Source of the DNA: an uncultured virus (IMG/VR IMGVR_UViG_3300037963_003458)
Taxonomy: Duplodnaviria; Heunggongvirae; Uroviricota; Caudoviricetes
IMG/VR virus record: IMGVR_UViG_3300037963_003458
DNA length: 20,000 nt
Reading direction: 5' to 3' (one strand)
The notes under the pieces were generated by a model. It saw only the letters and a list, made by a program, of their open reading frames with translations. It searched no databases and was not told the origin of the DNA. How positions within the stretch are numbered: position 1 is the stretch's first letter; every line of letters starts with the position of its first letter. Of the stretch, positions 17,410 through 20,000 are shown one piece after another. The translations under genes were made by a program, and so were the position numbers.

Positions 17410-17434
17410 AAAGGTTCCTTTCAGTCTAAAAGGA

Positions 17435-18784
17435 TCAGGCGTAGTAGCCTGCGCTAGCAGCAGTATTAGTATACTCTGCAGTCATACCAAGAAGTTCGCG
17501 CATACGAGCTTTAGTTTCTGCAGCAGTACCGCTACCGTGGCTATCAAGGTCAACCTTCATAACAACAGAAGCGCACTCAGGCTTGAGAACGCCAGTGCCG
17601 CTTAACATCGAAGCAACGGTAAATACAGTGTTACGACGAACGTCATCTACAGTATCAACCTTAAGACCGCTCTTCTGAATAGAAGCAACTGCACCACTCT
17701 GCCAGATAATAGCACCAACACCAATACCATCTTGGTTGTTAGCACTATCGACAGTGCTAGAGAAGTTTAAGTTATAGCGAGCTTCGCCAATCATCTCAGT
17801 ACCAGCACCACCGCTAATAGTAGCGCGAGCATCAAAGTCAGGCATGTGGTTAGTCTTAACAATAGTGCATCCCATGTACTCAAGAGTATCAGTGATGTTC
17901 ATAAGACCATTAGCAAGACCAGTACCAAGACCGCCTGCTTCAGCTACGCCACCAAATAAGGGACGACCAGCGCCACCAGCTAGGTCAGCAGTAGTACGAG
18001 CAACACCTAGAGCACGAATGTCTTGGAATGCCTGAGGATTAACAGCACAGAAGACACCATTGGTATCTCCGCCGATTTCCTGAAGGTGAACCATAAACAT
18101 TTCAATGCTTTCAAGAAGAATGAGAGCAGCCTTTGCGCGGTTCTCATCGCTCGAAGCAGAAACGCCAAGGTGCTGTAGATCAGTACCCATGCCAAAGACG
18201 CGACCAGTAGTGGCAGCGCTAGCGTGGAACTGAGGAGCTTCCTGTAGGTTGTTACGCCACTTGGATGTAGCAGCCGAAGCAGCAAGACGAGGATCGTTTG
18301 CAACTAAGTCTTCAGCAGCAGCACGCACAAGGTAAGCACCAACCTGAAGGTCTCTTGCGTTAGCAAGGGTCTGACCAACCTGTCGGGCTAGCTCCGAACG
18401 GAACTCCCACTGGCTAATCATAAGGTCAATGTTATCAATTTCAAAGTGCGATGCAATTGGACGAGCGTCCAAAGTAACTGCAATAGTCTTAGAAACGTGG
18501 TGATCAACGTTACCAATTAGTTCTTCACCAGCACCCCAAGCAGTCTTAAGAGCAGCGGTTCCGGTGATTGGGAATTCCATAGCTCGACCGCTTGAAATAA
18601 CGCGGGATTCAACCATTGGTTCAAAAATACGATAATGGTCATATGCACGAATTACTTCGCCCGACCAAATAGGAAGCCAAAGCTTATCAGTACCAGCAGC
18701 ACCGCCAGTAGTAGCAGTTACGCTAGCGTCTCCAGTGCGTCCGTACATAGAGTCAGTTCCAAAGGGAACGTCAGGATATGCCAT
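17435..18784 (-). CDS. Major capsid protein (T7 gp10-like)
   Basis: DKLWLPIWSGEVIRAY...RVISSGRAMEFPITG, FRSELARQVGQTLANARD, GTGVLKPECA; strong codon bias; follows scaffold. Confidence 0.95.
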   Translation of the reverse strand: MAYPDVPFGTDSMYGRTGDASVTATTGGAAGTDKLWLPIWSGEVIRAYDHYRIFEPMVESRVISSGRAMEFPITGTAALKTAWGAGEELIGNVDHHVSKTIAVTLDARPIASHFEIDNIDLMISQWEFRSELARQVGQTLANARDLQVGAYLVRAAAEDLVANDPRLAASAATSKWRNNLQEAPQFHASAATTGRVFGMGTDLQHLGVSASSDENRAKAALILLESIEMFMVHLQEIGGDTNGVFCAVNPQAFQDIRALGVARTTADLAGGAGRPLFGGVAEAGGLGTGLANGLMNITDTLEYMGCTIVKTNHMPDFDARATISGGAGTEMIGEARYNLNFSSTVDSANNQDGIGVGAIIWQSGAVASIQKSGLKVDTVDDVRRNTVFTVASMLSGTGVLKPECASVVMKVDLDSHGSGTAAETKARMRELLGMTAEYTNTAASAGYYA

Positions 18785-18854
18785 TTTATTTTTCCTTAAT
18801 TTAAAAGTTAATTAAAAGTTTACAAGTTGTTTAGGATTATGTTTTTAACTAATT

Positions 18855-18875
18855 ACGGTTATCCTTGCGGGCCGT
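18855..18875 (-). promoter_or_regulatory. GNRA-capped hairpin in the capsid 5' leader
   Basis: ACGG-C-CC-GCAA-GG-ATAA-CCGT in an otherwise AT-rich intergenic region. Confidence 0.45.
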
Positions 18876-18911
18876 TGTCTTTTATTCAGTTTACTAAGTC
18901 CGTAGAGTAGC

Positions 18912-19799
18912 TTACTGAATAACCGACCAATCAGTCTTTGCCATACGTTCTTCAACGCGAGCACGTAGAGTTTTGTCATGAGGAGTCTGTTGAAGCTTAG
19001 CAGCATCTGTATAATAATCAGACTTAGACTTATAACCTTGAACTACTTCTCTTCCTGCTGGGTTTTGAGAAGGCTTTCTTGTAGATCGCATCTCATTAGT
19101 AGCAGGAGACTCTGCATTAGCAGTGTCATACATAGAAGCAAGGCCTCTCAATGTAATCTCACTTGCATTACTGGCTAAGCCAGCATTAATGTGGGTTCTC
19201 TGTACTTCATCAAGAGTATGAGCAGCCCATCCAAAAATTTTAGATAATCTATCTGAGCCGCCAACAATATCAGCTGCTTGAGCGTATTGTTGACGCATTC
19301 TAGCACGCTGTCCTTCTAGTACAGCATCAATAACAGCGTTATCAACACCTCTAGAATTTAACGTGCTTCTTTGATCTTCTGAAATAGTACCTGTTCTCAT
19401 AAGCTCAGAAGTCATAACACCAAGATCTTCTTGAGTAATGCCTACTTTTTCTGCTTGTTCGACTACTTCTTCTTCAGAAGCATCTACTTCAGGAACACGT
19501 AATTCTTCAACTAAAGCGTCAGGTCCATCAGAAGACTCGGTGTTAGAAGCTTCTTCAACAACGGGTTCTTCCTTTGGAGCATGGAATTGTTTCTCTAGTT
19601 CCATGTAGGACTGAGCAAAAGCTTCCATGTTTACTGTACCATCTTCGTTCTTAAACTTATCAGGTACACTACCTAACGCTACAGATCCTTCAGCAGCCAT
19701 ACGAGCATTATACTCATCAGTACCAGGTTCAGGAGCTGGAGGAGTAACAGGTGCTTCGGTTTCAGTAGATTCAATATTTTGTGTGTTCTCTTCATTCAT
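18912..19799 (-). CDS. Capsid scaffolding protein (T7 gp9-like)
   Basis: Acidic; VPDKFK...AFAQSYMELEKQF, IVGGSDRLSKIFGWAA, C-terminal LRARVEERMAKT. Confidence 0.9.
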   Translation of the reverse strand: MNEENTQNIESTETEAPVTPPAPEPGTDEYNARMAAEGSVALGSVPDKFKNEDGTVNMEAFAQSYMELEKQFHAPKEEPVVEEASNTESSDGPDALVEELRVPEVDASEEEVVEQAEKVGITQEDLGVMTSELMRTGTISEDQRSTLNSRGVDNAVIDAVLEGQRARMRQQYAQAADIVGGSDRLSKIFGWAAHTLDEVQRTHINAGLASNASEITLRGLASMYDTANAESPATNEMRSTRKPSQNPAGREVVQGYKSKSDYYTDAAKLQQTPHDKTLRARVEERMAKTDWSVIQ

Positions 19800-19800
19800 T

Positions 19801-19998
19801 TCACTTTACCTTTTTCTTAAAGTCTCGTAAACCGGGAATAAACTTAGTTGTATATTCAGAGTCATTAGCAATATCGTAATCACCACCGTTAGCAAAGTTG
19901 GTTTTTGTAAAGGTAGCAAAATCTTCGGTAATTGTGGTGTCTCCTGCGGAGCCAATAGTAGCTTGAGTAAGGGACATGGACTGAACACCATCAGCTTG
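19801..19998 (-). CDS. C-terminal part of an unknown, probably virion-associated protein (partial)
   Basis: Open frame from the window edge: QADGVQSMSLTQATIGSAGDTTITEDFATFTKTNFANGGDYDIANDSEYTTKFIPGLRDFKKKVK*, stopping just before the scaffold ATG. Confidence 0.75.
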   Translation of the reverse strand, partial: QADGVQSMSLTQATIGSAGDTTITEDFATFTKTNFANGGDYDIANDSEYTTKFIPGLRDFKKKVK

Positions 19999-20000
19999 AG

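Noticed and set aside
17410..17470. T7 10B-like capsid frameshift extension
   Set aside because: No slippery site recognised near the capsid 3' end and downstream frames close quickly.
7667..18303. Leu/Val-rich minus-strand alternative-frame ORFs (7667-7879, 14397-14582, 15270-15452, 18007-18303)
   Set aside because: Explained by T-rich third codon positions of the main genes.
1413..19830. All plus-strand ORFs in the track
   Set aside because: Antisense to well-supported genes, with no recognisable motifs.
19806..19991. 61-aa ORF in the track
   Set aside because: Shadow frame; the frame ending at 19801 has typical codon usage and is open from the edge.
1..20000. CRISPR array, tRNA, repeated phage RNAP promoter, stop-codon reassignment
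   Set aside because: No spaced repeats, cloverleaf or convincing shared promoter motif found by eye; TAA, TAG and TGA all end genes normally.

Overview
Late (virion morphogenesis, lysis, packaging) region of a T7-like podovirus, with every real gene on the minus strand. In transcription order: 3' end of an unknown virion-type protein, scaffold, major capsid, tail tubular A and B, two GTA head-spike-base-like paralogues, tail fibre, dockerin-domain secreted protein, holin-like and small membrane proteins, a DUF1415-like protein, five tiny Lys/Arg-rich proteins, a PEP-CTERM-like protein, TerS, TerL, a sulfotransferase-like protein, a gp14-like protein and a >1100 aa ejection-type protein running off the left edge. 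The dockerin and PEP-CTERM-like tails suggest a Planctomycetota (Phycisphaerae-like) host, by inference. Most unusual: (1) a post-capsid element with a 10-codon ORF ending in a 14-nt perfect complement of the 16S rRNA 3' end; (2) a candidate lipoprotein/u-spanin nested in the holin-like gene; (3) a protein with an N-terminal TM plus a C-terminal exosortase signal next to TerS; (4) a ~90-nt GC-rich structured RNA candidate after the tail fibre. Family assignments come from motif recognition by eye; no searches were run. Two N-gaps (3208-3236, 6548-6557) limit certainty.
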